Below, one piece after another: positions 12,471-26,353 of a DNA stretch of 64,000 nt (position 1 is the stretch's first letter; every line of letters starts with the position of its first letter). Under the pieces are notes generated by a model. The model did not search any database, had not been told where the DNA came from, and saw only the letters and a list, made by a program, of their open reading frames with translations. The stretch is taken from assembly GCF_006345805.1 (NCBI RefSeq), contig NC_043001.1, positions 92,876,001 through 92,940,000 of the forward strand, read 5' to 3'. This stretch comes from Octopus sinensis. Taxonomy: Eukaryota. Position numbers and translations under genes: made by a program.

Positions 12471-12524
12471 GAAACAGGAAGTCATCAAATTATAAAGAAT
12501 TTGTGCAGACTGTTAACCAGTTTT
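12418..12524. repeat. Inverted repeat, about 50-bp arms, 5-nt loop
   Basis: 12418-12469 pairs with 12475-12524 with few mismatches. Confidence 0.9.
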
Positions 12525-12538
12525 CTTTATACATCTAT

Positions 12539-13673
12539 GTCTTTCCTGCCATGTGTATAACTGGGATTAGCCTCAATACATTCTATGGATTCCACTAGCT
12601 ACTTGATTTTAGAATTACATAATGATACATATTAACTATATCAGGTTCCAATGAATTAAGTAATTCATAGATTGAAAATAGCCTAAGTTGCTGAAGCCTG
12701 ATGCTTTTTATTTACTGAAAATATTTGAATCATGACTTTTGTTTTCACTTTTGTAGTTGCAATTACTTTAAATGATATTGAAAACTATATTTTCAAAGTT
12801 TTGTCAAGCTTCATAAACGGGTCTGTATTTGAAGCTAAAATCTACCCTTAGAAATAGTGACAACACCAAAAATGTTGAAAAATGGACATTTGAGTTTGGG
12901 AAAAATTTTGACATGATAGAGCAAAATGGATTTCATCTTTGAAATCAGCACCCCATAATTATTAGGAAGCATGTCTCCAACACCAGACAAAAAAACCATG
13001 TTCCCCAGAGTTATGAATGTGATGATACTGGGCCTGTAAACAAAAATGTATAATAACAGCTTATAAAAAACAGAATGTACAAATTTAGACACAACCAATT
13101 TACAAATACCTGTTGACTTATAGAAGTGCACATTAAGGTTTTAGCCACAACAGGCTTAAGGCTATCAAATGTAAGCATAAGTATATTTGTTACAAATTTT
13201 GGCACAAAGCCAGCAATTTCGAGGGAAAAGGTAAGTCCATTACATCAACCCAGCACTCAACTGGCACTTATTTTATTGATCCAGAATGGATGAAAGGCAA
13301 AGTCAACCTCAGCAGAATTTGAACTTAGGATGTAAAGACATAAAATGCTGCTAAGCATTTCCTCCAGCATGCTAATAATTGTGCCAGCTCACTGCCTTAA
13401 TATAGTTTTAAGTATATTAATGAAAATAAATTAGTTTCAGGGAACAACAGCTAAAGAATTAGCTGTTTAAGTTTGGCCTGGCAGTACATCATGAGTGACA
13501 GGCATAGTCTGATATTTAACATATCCACAAAGTTCTCTTGTTATAAACCACGTCTTTCCTGCCATGTGTATAACTGGGATTAGCCACAACACATTCTATG
13601 GATTCCACTAGCTACTTGATTTTAGAATTACATAATGATACATATTAAGTATATCAGGTTCCAATGAATTAAG
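12539..13673. repeat. 122-bp direct repeat pair (12539-12660 and 13552-13673)
   Basis: Three substitutions by manual comparison. Confidence 0.9.
13198..13400 (-). mobile_element. tRNA-derived SINE, second family (degenerate)
   Basis: GAAAGGCAAAGTCAACCTC.GCAGAATTTGAAC core shared with 28696-29076; B-box-like sequence on the minus strand. Confidence 0.8.
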
Positions 13674-15399
13674 GTAATAATTCTAAATTAATAATTGTAG
13701 ATATGATAGCACAAGTACAAGACAGATGATCAGATAGAATGACTCTTCAAACCAGGTTGATAATAATATAGTAACAGACTTATAAAAGTTCAATTTAACA
13801 GCATAGAGTTTGTAATTTTTTTCAATTTTCCATAGGCCCCTAAAAATATTTTTGAAAAAATATTTCTATTTTCTCATATTCTGCAACAACATAAGCTTCT
13901 TTCAATAAGGTAAGAGCATTTTGTAAAAAAAAAACTTGAGATTTTAAGCAATGTGCCGCAGATTCATCATCTTGTGATCATGTTACAACAATAGCTTCAT
14001 TTATAAAATTTGTTTCAATGGTAAAAGGTAAGCCATCATTGATAGCAACAAAAGTTGTCCATTTCATATTATTTTTAAAAGAATTTAAACATTTTTCAGC
14101 ATCCTCAGACAAGTTTACATTGACTAACATTCTGATATTTTAATAGTAGCTTTCAAAACAATTCCAGTATTTGAGGGCTTGAAAATATTCCATACCAAGA
14201 CGATTCTCTATATGAAATTAAATAACCTAAGAAGTTATGAAATATCAAATATTTACATTCACTTTTGTTTAAGATTAGATTATTATGTTTGTCCATCTAA
14301 TGAAAGATTGGTTTGAACTCAGACTTATTTCACCATAAGCAAAAAATTATCTGAACTATTTGATAGGTATCTTAGAAGATTATTTCAGTTGATAAGTTCA
14401 ACACTTACCTGAAACATTGACACACCAGTTGTAATACCCAAAGGAACTTGTATTCATTTATATAAACCTCTAGAAGCTTGGAAAACTGTTTTCAGTTTTT
14501 TAGTTTGCTTTTTTTTTTTAACATATTTACTAAATTGATAATAAATTCTACTTAGATTACTTTTATTGTAATATTAAAGTTTGAATATAATATTGACTAG
14601 ATCATCTATATAGGGAACTAGATAAACATCAAACTCTGTAAAATGTTTGTTAGCTTGAATCACCAATAAAAGCCAAACTTTTTAACAGAAGTGGTGAATT
14701 GCTTAATTCTATGATACCTTTTTGTCAAAGTTTTCAAATTTCTGAATCAATTCTTTACTATCTACACTGCATCAGTAAGAATTGGCTGCAACAAATTTGA
14801 GTAAGATTTTGGAAACATTAACTGTACTTTCAGCCACTTGCAGTTAGATATGACTACAAAATAAAATGGTCCTGATCCAGGATAAATAACTCTATTTTCT
14901 GTATGCAATTTCAAAAAGGCATAGCAAGAATCAGATCAACAAAGAGTTCTGCATTTTTATATAATTTATCTTTTATAGATGTTTTAGCTATTTATGATGT
15001 TAATTTAGAATTTAGCCACAGAAACAGTACCTGTTTTGGGATATATTTTCAGTTTGAGCTGATTAGCTTATATTTAACAGATAAAATTTTCTGATGAGCC
15101 TGTATGAAAGAGAATTTTTACATCTTGTCATCAATTTTCACCATTATGATAGATAGTATAAGGGACTCAGTAGCTGAACAAACACTCTGAAGGACAGAAG
15201 AGGTGCAGCCATCAGACAGTAGACTAGTACCCTACTCTTTTACATTTTAACAAATAACAGTTTTAACACAAGCACAAGGGTGGATATTCAAGCTACCACA
15301 GAAATAGCCCATTCTTAAAGTTTTAGGGATCACTGAGGCAAATTGTTCAAATTTACCATGAAAATTTTCTCATTAACATCAGAGTACACCACAAAAACA

Positions 15400-15700
15400 A
15401 AAGACATTTAATATGATTCTGCATTAAACTGGACATCTTTCAAATATCTGTCCTGTTAGATGGCACTTGCCAATATTAAGGTTTTAGACTAGTGGCCTCT
15501 TACAAATGAAAATTTTTCTTCAGCTGTTATAGATTTAAAATTGCAATCAGGAGCTGACACAATTCTGTAGAAGTCTGTTTCCATCAGAAGGCGTCTAAAC
15601 ATATATTTTATTAGGTGGTTTCCCATGAGCTTCAAGCCATTTTAAGGTATTATCAAGAGTTGTATATATTGTATAATGGCTACTACATACATCAGGCCCA
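15400..15700 (-). pseudogene. pogo/Tigger transposase remnant
   Basis: Broken LDAF*WKQT segment resembling DETAFYWK. Confidence 0.4.
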
Positions 15701-17762
15701 ATATTTTAAGAACAAAATATTTAATTTGCAAGGATTAATGTCAAGATAGACAGTTGTCAAGCAATACTTGAATTTCTTCAATAACTTCTTACCACATTGA
15801 GTAGAGTTTGCTGGAATGTCAAATTGGTCTGGCCATGCCCATTTTGATTCTGTAATTGGTAACTTTTGAATTAATTAATCTATATTGATAGATATAGCAA
15901 CTTTTAATCAAATTAAGAGACTTATGCAGCCATAGCTGGTGTAATATCAGAAGATGTAAGGGACATAACCTGTGTAGTTGTGTAGTTCTATAGTAACATA
16001 CAACCTTTTAATCCTTTCAGCTTAAAATGTGTGCCAATAAGTGTATATATAAGCTGAGAGAAAGGAAACATGTTTGTAAATGTATATGCGCACATTTCAT
16101 GATTTCATACAGAAGAATAAATACATGCAAATACGTGACCTCGTATATGCCTGAATGTATAAGTAATCACAAAACTACATATTGCACAAAGATACACATG
16201 CACCAGGCATATTTATACACTCAAATTTACACAGATACAAAATAGAGATAGAAAAAGAAAACAATAGCTTCTTACATGTTGAAGAAAGTATTACTAAATA
16301 GAAACAGTGAGATAGGAAGTAGAGTGAAATACAGAAAAGGGAAATTGTAGTAATGGTAGAAGAAAAAAGTGTATAGCTTTCTAGTTGCCATGACAATATT
16401 GATCTTGCTGTGTTATTAGTGCTGCTGCCAATTGCCAGAGATCTATGAACTGTGCATATTGGAAAGGAGGAGGTATGGTAGCAATGTTGATGAAGATTAT
16501 GATTAAGATGAAAAGGTGGAAAATGCAAAGAAAATTTTGAAACAAGTAAAAAAAATAAGAGATAATGAAAACAAAGATAAAACGATGATGATGATGACAA
16601 TGATGAAACAGATGGTAGGGATGCTAAAAATGGTGATAGAGATAATGATTACATTCTCATAATGATGATGATAATAGTTACATAGGTTGAGCAGTAGTTA
16701 TGCTCATGGTACTGAAAACTAAAACAAAAGAAATTCTCTGGTTGCTGCCTTGTGGTCTCCTTCCAAGACTGATATCAGTGTGCTCCATCTGTATTTGTTC
16801 CATCTTTATCCAATCTATCAAATAATAGCCATAGTTGCTGTGGTAGTAGCAATATTGTAATTATAATGTCGAAAACTTCAGGGAGGAAATGGAGTACCCA
16901 TGAAAGTTTCCAGGACCCACCTGGCTGGTAGGGAAAGTAACCCTCAGACTAGAATCCTACAGTGAATACTTGAAACACAGAAGACTCCATTAAAGGTCCC
17001 ATATATATAATCAATTCAAATAAATGAGTAAATTTAATGAGCAATGAGAGGACATGTGCAAGAAATGTATTAGCTTGATGCTCAGTGAAAAGAGAGGGTT
17101 CGATGTTTCAAGTATAGCTCTTCATCGGAAAAGAGAAAAGGAAAAGTCCAAAAAAGGAAAAGAAATTACTAACAGCAAGTGTGTAATTACATTGCTGAAA
17201 AGTGGGGAAGTCAGGATTTTTGGATAATTATTTATTCAGAACTTTTATCTCGTTTTGGGAGATTAATGCCTTTTATATATGTGTGAGTTAGTTGAAAAAA
17301 AAATCTGGAGTTGAATTGAGAAGTTAATGTTTTGTTGTTTTGAATATGTGTGTATGTGTATGTGTGTGCATGGTAAATTTTTGGAGGCTTGGTAAAAAAA
17401 GAAAGAAAGAAAGAAAGAGTCTTTCTCCAAAATAGTTGAAATTGTATTTTTGGTCTGTTGTCATGGTAGCCAGCAGTAGAAAGGGTAAGATCTTTCCCTT
17501 CTACAAATGCCCAAGGGATGACCCAAAGTACCAGAAGGCAACAGAACTACATTTTATTGAAAAATTCTTACTTAAACTAAATGTATAAAAAACGAAAAAA
17601 AATATAACTATAAACGCAAAAAATCCTTATTAAGAAAAACTAGTGTCCCAGATGAACCAAATCAGATTACTGTTGGATATTATTAGTAATGTTCTCATTA
17701 TTGTTACTAAAATAACTGGCAAAATTCACAGGAGCAACCAACACACACACTTTCACACAGAT

Positions 17763-17825
17763 ACATCATCATCATCATCATCACTTAACTTCCGCTTTCC
17801 ATGCTAGCATGGGTTGGACGATTTG
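17763..17825 (-). mobile_element. RTE 3' tail fragment
   Basis: (CAT)n + TTAACTTCCGCTTTCCATGCTAGCATGGGTTGGACG. Confidence 0.8.
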
Positions 17826-18549
17826 ACTTAAGACAAATTTTTAAAAATTCCATAATCATTTGATAGTGTATTTTCTACAGCTGGATAACATGACAACTGA
17901 CCAAAACAACAATGAGTAAAAGAAAATAGACTTCTTGAACTGTAATTAATTCCAATCATCCCAGAAAAAGACCCCTCTCTACAGCTGGATAACATGACAA
18001 CTAATCAAAAATACAAAGCAATTTCATCAATCCCAGAAAAAGACCTTTTTCTTTCTTTTTTCCTCTCTAACAAAACCTCCAAAAATTCACCACTCATGGA
18101 CTCAAAATAACAAAGAACATCTCAATTCAACTCCAGATTTGTTTTCAACTAACACACAAATACAGACACATATACAGAAGGCATGAATTTTATGTAAATA
18201 AAATCATTCATGATCAATCTCTCAAAGAGATGAAAGTGCAAAATGAACAATTATCCAAAAATCCGAAGTACCTCATTTTTCATAATATCTGAACACCACA
18301 TCAAACAATCTATATAACTGCATATAAATATATATGTGTGTGTGTGTGTATTAAAAAGATGTTTATGAAGAGATTTTTATCTCATACACTACCACACCAT
18401 TATGCATTCTGTGTGAGAATATTTACTATGATACACAGATGGCAGTATATATGTGTATATTTATATATATAGCCATGCAATTACAGACATACACACACAT
18501 GTGTATAAGTATATATATACAGGCATGAGTATGCTTAAGAAGCAATATA

Positions 18550-18588
<39 letters not shown>

Positions 18589-18689
18589 GCACAGGTATGG
18601 TTAAAAGTTCATACATAGACATTCATATATACACATATTCCCACACATACATATGTGTGTGCATGTACCTCTCTTTGTCAGCCCCATTG

Positions 18690-18870
18690 CTTGAAAATCA
18701 GTGTTGGCTCTTTTCTCTCTAATGTAGCAGTTGAACAAAAGATACTGATTCAATAAGTAGTAGTAGTAAAAAAACCTAAGTACTTGGGTCAATTTGTTTG
18801 ACTAAAACCTTCAATGTAGTGCCCCACTATGGCCACAGTAAAGTGACTCTAAAACATGTAAAGAAAAAGA
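18690..18870 (+). mobile_element. SINE 3' half (degenerate)
   Basis: GGGTCAATTTGTTTGACTAAA...TATGGCCACAGTAAAGTGACT homologous to the 44446-44750 copy. Confidence 0.7.
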
Positions 18871-21051
18871 AAAGCACATCTCTAAATATTTATATATGTG
18901 TGATGATTTGACAAACAGTGCTGAATTTTACAATTCTGTAAATAATAATACTAATAATAACAATAATAATGTGTGTGTGTATGCATCACTAAAAATACTT
19001 CTGGAATTTGACTGGCATGAGTAGGCCATAATTTCTAAAGGCATCACAACTTGAATACCTAACCATTTTGCATGGACTTGCTAGGCTGAGTATGGTACAT
19101 TAGAGTTAACAGTGATTAAAGATTTTAAATTCTTTAACAGAACATATCTTTGGTGGCAACTATAAGACAGGTCATTTTTTTCTATTCATGGATACTATAG
19201 TCTGGTGGACAATTCTGAAATTGTCCTTTCCAGCACTTTCAGCAACCACTTAGATGGCATATTATAAATGCGTGCTTATCTGTTTCAAATAGATATGAAA
19301 ATATGGAAAAAGGAAAGAAGTGTGACCAAAAGATCAGAACTTTAACCTTTTATTCGTTTAGATTCTTCTTGAGGGAAGAATGGGATTAAGAGAATAAACA
19401 TTGGATTTCTGCATGCAAGTAGTTGGAAAGAAAATATGATCAGAGATTTCCAAGGCAATGAGGAAAAAGAATTAGAAAGCAAGGCATCTGGATTTACTTC
19501 AAACACTTAGTCATTTAAAATGTGTGAATCCTTTCCCAACATGTCTTCTATTAAATATGTTCAAAAATATTAATGGAGAAGATGCAAAAAAAGACATAGT
19601 TTGATAGAAAGTCAGAATTAAAATATCTAAAGTATGAGTTTGCTGGAGGAATTTTAGTAGCTATACTGAGCAAAAGAGGGGTAAGGTACACATCTGCAGA
19701 TTAAATACAACATAAAAAATCCAGGTTGGGAGATACTCAACATATGCTTTCTCTATCACTCTACAATCACTCATCAGTTTTTATAATATATTCAATGAGG
19801 TTTGGAATGAGGTTTTTCCAATTCATTTCCAAAACCCAATGTCATCAATCTAGTAACGAAGTGTTTTTTGTTTTTGTTTATTATTTCAATCAATCCCACA
19901 CACACACAATTGCATATCTACCTAAAAAAAACTCTTGTAAACATGCAGCAACAGGTGCAGGGGGGTATGTGTTTGGTGAAGATATGTAATGATTTTACAT
20001 ACTAAACACTATGTTACATGCACAATTGCATTTGTGTACTTTTGCATACACTCGCATCAATACATACATAAAAAAGATGACAAAAGAGGTAAAAGAGACA
20101 TCTGAGATGACAGTGTGCTAGTCTACAAGTTTTATAACAGCTAGTAACATGTGGTTCATAGTTCAAATATCTAATGGTGAGCTTACTCGCTTTTCATAAC
20201 TGCTGGATTTCTCAATGTTTTCACTTCTTATAGAACATGTGTTTGTCATAAATATTTTACTGTGAAATGGATGCATCAGATCATTATCCTCATTATTTAA
20301 AGTACATTTTTTATGCTGGTATAAACTGGACAGTTTGACAGGAGCTAGGAAATCAGAAGACTGCACCAAGCTTTACTGTCAACTTTTGCATGGTTTCTAT
20401 GCCTGGATGCCCTTCCAAATGCCAACCGTTTTTCAGTGTGTAATGAGTACTTGTAATGAAGAACCAACAGCAATGACATCACCAAATAACTAACAAGACC
20501 CCCCCACGCCCACCACAACAGACTGGAGAGTAGTACTGAGGGAGGTGAATTTGTGCTAGGTGATGAGAGATTACAATATGAATGGAGGAATAGAAATAGG
20601 TGTCTTGCAGTAGAGGAGATATATGGCTACCTCAGTAGGAGAGTAGAAAGAGAAGAGAGAAGATGAAGATGCAACAGAGATATACAAGGAAGTATATACA
20701 AGCAAAATGCAACCAAATATATTCTTACATACATATATCCATGTGTGCATGTACATGAGTATATACTTATACATGTGTAAGCATGTCGTGACCATTCATT
20801 TAGTGTGACTTTTTCAAAGACAAGCCAAACAGCAATTAAACTGGTTAGTAGCACCAACAGAAATAAAAAGAAAATGCAAATCATCCATTTGTTAGTTAAA
20901 TTAATGACTACTCCAGAGATAATCAAGTCTTTAGTGAAACTCGTCACTTTGATCCTCATTCCAGGCTGTTGCAAATGTTTGTGATTTCATCATGGGACCT
21001 ATTTCTACAGCAAAATTAAATATATGTTTATTAAACATATAGACATGACTC

Positions 21052-21113
<62 letters not shown>

Positions 21114-21411
21114 TGAAATAAGGATTCAGATAGAATCAGGTACTTGAAAAGATATGCGCCAGGTAGGGTTGGATAAACCTGTGGTTCCGGCCTATGGTTG
21201 GTAAGTATCAAATAGGATATATCAGTTGTGTACTTAGAGAAAACCTATGAGTATCTAGCACCTAGAGGCTGGTCCAAAGGATGTATTATATTGAATTGTA
21301 TGTTGTTGATATACTCTAGGGTGCCTGATAAGTCGTAAGTGCCCTTGGTGTATTATAATCAAATGAACAATAACAGATGATGGATAATTGTCAGATTATG
21401 ACAGCTGTTTC

Positions 21412-21690
21412 TTAAACATCTTTTTAATAGAAGAATGAGAACATTACTCCATCACAAAAAACCGTAATCATCAGATGAAACATAATTTTACAAATAAAAG
21501 AATATCCTAAGTATATGTCAAGGCCAACTATGAAAAACTTTTTTCGAAGTTGGCCTCAACAGATTTCAGCCACATCCCTGATATATTCTTGGAATATTCT
21601 TCTATTTGTAAAATTATGTTTCATCTGATGATTACAGTTTTTTGTAATGGAGTAATGTTCCCATTCTTCTATTAAAAAGATGTTTAAGAA
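21412..21690. repeat. Long inverted repeat (about 100-bp arms, 70-nt spacer) in a (TA)n-flanked element, probably PLE-derived
   Basis: About 21412-21515 pairs with 21586-21690, roughly 90% by eye. Confidence 0.85.
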
Positions 21691-21704
21691 TGTTATCATT
21701 CGAG

Positions 21705-21734
<30 letters not shown>

Positions 21735-21739
<5 letters not shown>

Positions 21740-21997
21740 TTTAAAATTGAATAGAAGGTCTTGAAACCACCTGATGAATGTCCTTAGAAGTGACAAGAAA
21801 CAATTGTAGTGGATAACTTAATTTTATTTAATTTATATAAAATTTTTTATGTATTGGATTAAGTCTTTCTTTGTTTGATTTGCATAATAGTGGTTTTGTC
21901 TCTAATTAATATTATATAATATTTTACTATAATATTGGATTCAATCCTAAATCTGATTTTTCCCTGTAAATTTGGATTTATTCCCTAATATTTATTA
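21735..21997 (+). mobile_element. Short PLE-like pLTR element inserted in (TA)n; same family as 49422-49829
   Basis: Colinear similarity to the reverse complement of 49422-49662. Confidence 0.8.
21767..21812 (+). ncRNA. Minimal type I hammerhead ribozyme motif
   Basis: ccac CTGATGA a tgtc-cttagaagt-gaca a GAAA CAATTGTA gtgg; palindromic stem III ACAATTGT. Confidence 0.75.
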
Positions 21998-22049
21998 TAT
22001 ATATATATATAATATATATATATATATATACATACATATATATTATGTA

Positions 22050-23313
22050 CTGGACCATCCCATAAATTAGGTTTTTTATACTTCTTTTATTTTTCAAAAT
22101 TAAGATAAACAAAGTTCTTTTTTAGTCTAAAATATACTCTCCTTCATTTTGTACAATGCTCTTCCATCTATCTGGCCCCTCTTCCAAAATTCACTTGTCT
22201 ATGATGAAAAATACTCCTTCAGTACTGTTCTGACCTAGTCTACAGAATTCATATTTTTTTACATCCAGATGATTTTAGAGACTGCAGAATAAATGATAAT
22301 GAGATGGGGCAATGTCCAGTGAATATGGTGGGTGGGGCATCATTTCCCATTCAAACTGCCTCCAGCCTTTGGAATGTCATACTCGCTATATGTGGCCAAG
22401 CATTACCCTGATGGAAGAACACCTTTTATCTTGAAACCAAAGATGATTGTTTTCCTTCTAGTGCTGAGTTACACCATCCAAGCTGCTCACAGTAGATCTC
22501 CTTTGTTATCATTTGGTTTGGGTTTATAAGTTCCAAGTGAACTAAACCTTTCATATTGCACCAAACAGATAACACCTTACATGGGTGAAGACCTTCTTTA
22601 GTCTGGGGTGCCGGTGTTCTTTCTTTCCCTATTCACTGTCTTCGATGCTTGACATTTTTATAGAGAACCTATTTCTCGTCACCAATTACTATTCGGTCCA
22701 AAAAAGGTTAATTCGTGAGATATGACAGCAAAGAAGAGCACACATTCACTCTCTGCGTGTGATTAGACTCAGAAAGTTTGTGAGGAACCCATTGATCCAA
22801 TTTGCTGACTTTTCTGATGGCACGCAGGTGTTGATGAATGGTTGAATGATCAAATCTAAGCTTCTCTGTTAGTATCTCAACAGTTACAATGGTATTTTGT
22901 TCCACCAGGGTTCGTAGGACGTCCTCATTGAGCTCTACAGATCTTTCAGGACAAGGCTCGTCTTCTAGGCTGTAGTTTCTGGCTTGGAATTTCTGTAACC
23001 ACTGTTGACACTGGCTTATACTTATTGTCTGATTCCGATATACTGCATTAATATTCCTTGCACTTTCCATTGTGTTTGCTTTATTGAACTCATAAAGCAA
23101 AATATGCTGAATAAGTTCCTTTGTCACTGCCATTATAGCTTTGAAAAAATAACTCAAAATCGAACAGCACTCTTCAAAGTTTGTACTAAGAAAAAGCACA
23201 AGGTAAAATTACTACCTGCTTTTATAGCAAGTTAATGCAGGTAGTTCATCTCGTCACCCTCCAACTTTTAGTTCATGCGATTGAAAAATCCGCATTATTT
23301 ATGGGATGACCCA

Positions 23314-23314
<1 letters not shown>
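22050..23314 (-). mobile_element. Full-length-size degenerate mariner transposon (1265 bp) with TA TSDs
   Basis: TIRs CTGGACCATCCCATAAATT / ATTTATGGGATGACCCAG; TA at 22048-49 and 23315-16. Confidence 0.92.
22708..23199 (-). pseudogene. Mariner transposase N-terminal part (HTH region to WVPHKL)
   Basis: LLYEFNK..., LEDEPCPERS, WVPHKLSESN motifs; premature stop. Confidence 0.9.
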
Positions 23315-23381
<67 letters not shown>

Positions 23382-24762
23382 GTTTCATATGCACACATAT
23401 ATGAAACACTAGTTTCATATATGTGTGTATATATATATAATGTTTTATTTCTTATACACACCAGGCAGATCCTATATAAATTTTCAAACACATCTCTATG
23501 GTTTTATTTGCATGCACTTTGAAATTTAAAACATTTCTTTTTAATAAAACTAATATGACCTATTTGTATGGGTCTTTGTGGTTGCTTTGCTTCTATAGAC
23601 AGTTTACTTAATATTTTCTGTAATAGATAAGGATTTCTTATAACATAAGGCCAAAAATATGGATAAAAGTACATACATGAAAAGATAAAATCATATAACA
23701 GGTACTTATTTTATAACCCAGAAGGATAAAAGAGAAAAGTATTTGAACAGAGACTTAACTAAATACCATATGGCATTTTGTTTGGAACTATAATGTGATC
23801 CTGCCATCTCAATTTGTAGGCAATAACAAAAAATGCACTCTTCAACTGATTTTACTTGCACTCACATACACAAAGCTAAATTTATACAAAAGTGAGTTTA
23901 CTATTGCACACAAATATACACCAAATAGAATTTATTTGCACATAGACACATCAATTTGGTCATCACACTCCAACACACAATCTATTTTGCTATACTCACA
24001 TATACACATTTATGTTACTGTAATTTTATAGACACACTGAAGTGTATAGCCAGGTGGGAATGCTTAAATTCGCATGCACAAACAACTATACATGCATATA
24101 CTGTGTACTTTACAAATATACTTCAGTTAAACATAATTACACATATAGGAAGTTTACAAATAAAAAGACACTTGAAAAAGCAGTTAAGTACATCAATAAG
24201 TGCATTAGGAAGCAATGAATGCAGTATTCTTCACACTAACTGCTGGTGCACAGATAAAATATCAAGCTGCTTCTGCAATCCTTATGCATTTACATTATAT
24301 AATGGCTACAAGTGCTTGCAGCCACTAGCATATTTAGGATATGGTACATGATTTCATATGCAAGTTATTTAGGCAAAAGCAACACACTAAACAACCTGGA
24401 ATTGAAACATGCAAAAAATAAACACTAACAAACAAGTTGCATCCCAGTGTAAAACACGGTGCACATTAAGTAGAACTGAAGCATATCCATAGACACAGTT
24501 GCACTCATGTTTGCAAATCATATACACTACACTTGTAACATAACATACACATTTGAACTTGCAATTTAATAAGATATTAAAAAAAAAAAAATCTCCTCTT
24601 TAAAAATCAATTCAGCACACATACATCAATATCTCCACTGTTTCTTGAATACAGACCCTAACCTTCTCCACCTACTATGAGATTGATGTCAAGCAGTTTC
24701 AGATGCAGATGTAACCTACAAACTAAACTCAAAAGTCAAGCATTTATATGAAAAAATTATTA

Positions 24763-24814
24763 TTATTATTATCGTTGTTGTTACTACTACTACTATTACT
24801 ACTACTACTACTAC

Positions 24815-24876
<62 letters not shown>
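24763..24876. repeat. (TAT)/(TAC)n/(TAA)n trinucleotide tract
   Basis: Read directly. Confidence 0.95.
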
Positions 24877-26353
24877 TTTGCCACAAAGGAGAAAAATGTA
24901 GAGACATTACAAGAAGAAATTACAAGATGGTGGGGCTTTATTATAATCAAGTATGAGAAAACATAGGCATAAACAGTATAAATACAAAAGAAATAAAACA
25001 ATGCATCTCAAAGGGGCTAACCATTTTGGACCAATTGAGGAAACCTAGACATCAGATTACCCTTATTGCGAACAGTAAATACCTTCTCCAAGCAGTGATT
25101 TTCCAGTCACAGGCATATCATAACAGAGCTGTTCATTCAGGACATGCTTGTCATTCTCAACCACCTTTTAACAAATTTACTTGTCCTTTCACTTTCCTCT
25201 TCAAGACAAATTAGAAGATGATGATATGGCTTGACTGAAGATAAATGTGTCGATTATCAGTCATGCTCGCTATATAACAACTTTTGCTATAAACACCAAA
25301 CAGAAGAAAACTGCCTGCAATTCCCAACCAAAGAAAGATGGCAGGGTAATCTGCACAACATATTCTACTTAGAGCTGGTTGATTAAAAACAAAATATAAA
25401 ACAATGATACAAACAACTGGAAGGTAAATTAGGTAACACAAACTAAAACAAACCAAAAGATATGAATTTGGACTGGAGATAAGTTACAAGATTTGTTTGA
25501 AGATGGGAAGATGCAAAAATTAAACAGTTTGTTTACTTGTGTTTGGGATGTTGAAGTTCTATCTATTAGCTTGTTTAATATTTAAATAAACATAAAAGAA
25601 ATTTTTTTCGCTAATCTTCTAAATCCTGGTTGTGTATAACAAAACTGAATATTACTTTTTCAAGATGCTCAAGCATTAGTATGGGTTTTCTAAACATAAA
25701 ATTACACTTTAAAATTTGCAGTGCACCTAGTCACACTTCGCAATGTACGATTCAAGAACCACTTGCGTAAGGTGTGATTTATGGGAGACTTAACTACTAT
25801 TTCTAACATGCAAAATGACTATGTAGACGTTCTTTTAACTTATCTGTCTTTATTTATGCTTCATTTTCGCCCAGTAAGAACAGTATCAATAACTTATTTG
25901 TGTAGATAACTCTATCACCATGAAACATCGATACTCTTTTTTTTTACCAGTGACAAGAGGAACATGCTGTTAATAGTATCAGTAACTCATATTCGTAACA
26001 TACTTGTCTCAGTAAAATGTACACATACATCAATTATGACAAGGCTAATGAAAGAAAATTTCTACACACATATGGAAATAAAATGAACATTCTAGTAATA
26101 TTCAAAATCAAATATTCTTATCCTATATGCATTGATAAAAATTCAACTTTTCTTTTGTTTTTCTTGGAAGTTTGAACCCTCCAGTTTCTGCTTATCTGCA
26201 AGGGTAACTTTAACAAAAATGCTGAAAAATAACCTTGTAGAAATGCTAGAAAGAAATAACATATAACCAACAATAAGTGAATTATAGTTTTTAGATACAT
26301 TTGAGTAACTTTGTATATTACTTTATTCATGCATAGCTTGGTGCATATGCTTA

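Noticed and set aside
12539-13673. 122-bp direct repeats as the LTRs of a TRIM/LTR element
   Set aside because: No TG...CA ends, PBS, PPT or TSD seen.
14408-25190. Scattered minus-strand exon candidates (about 14408-14470, 14715-14765, 20188-20315, 25085-25195)
   Set aside because: Individual splice-like sites exist, but I could not join them into a consistent, recognisable reading frame.
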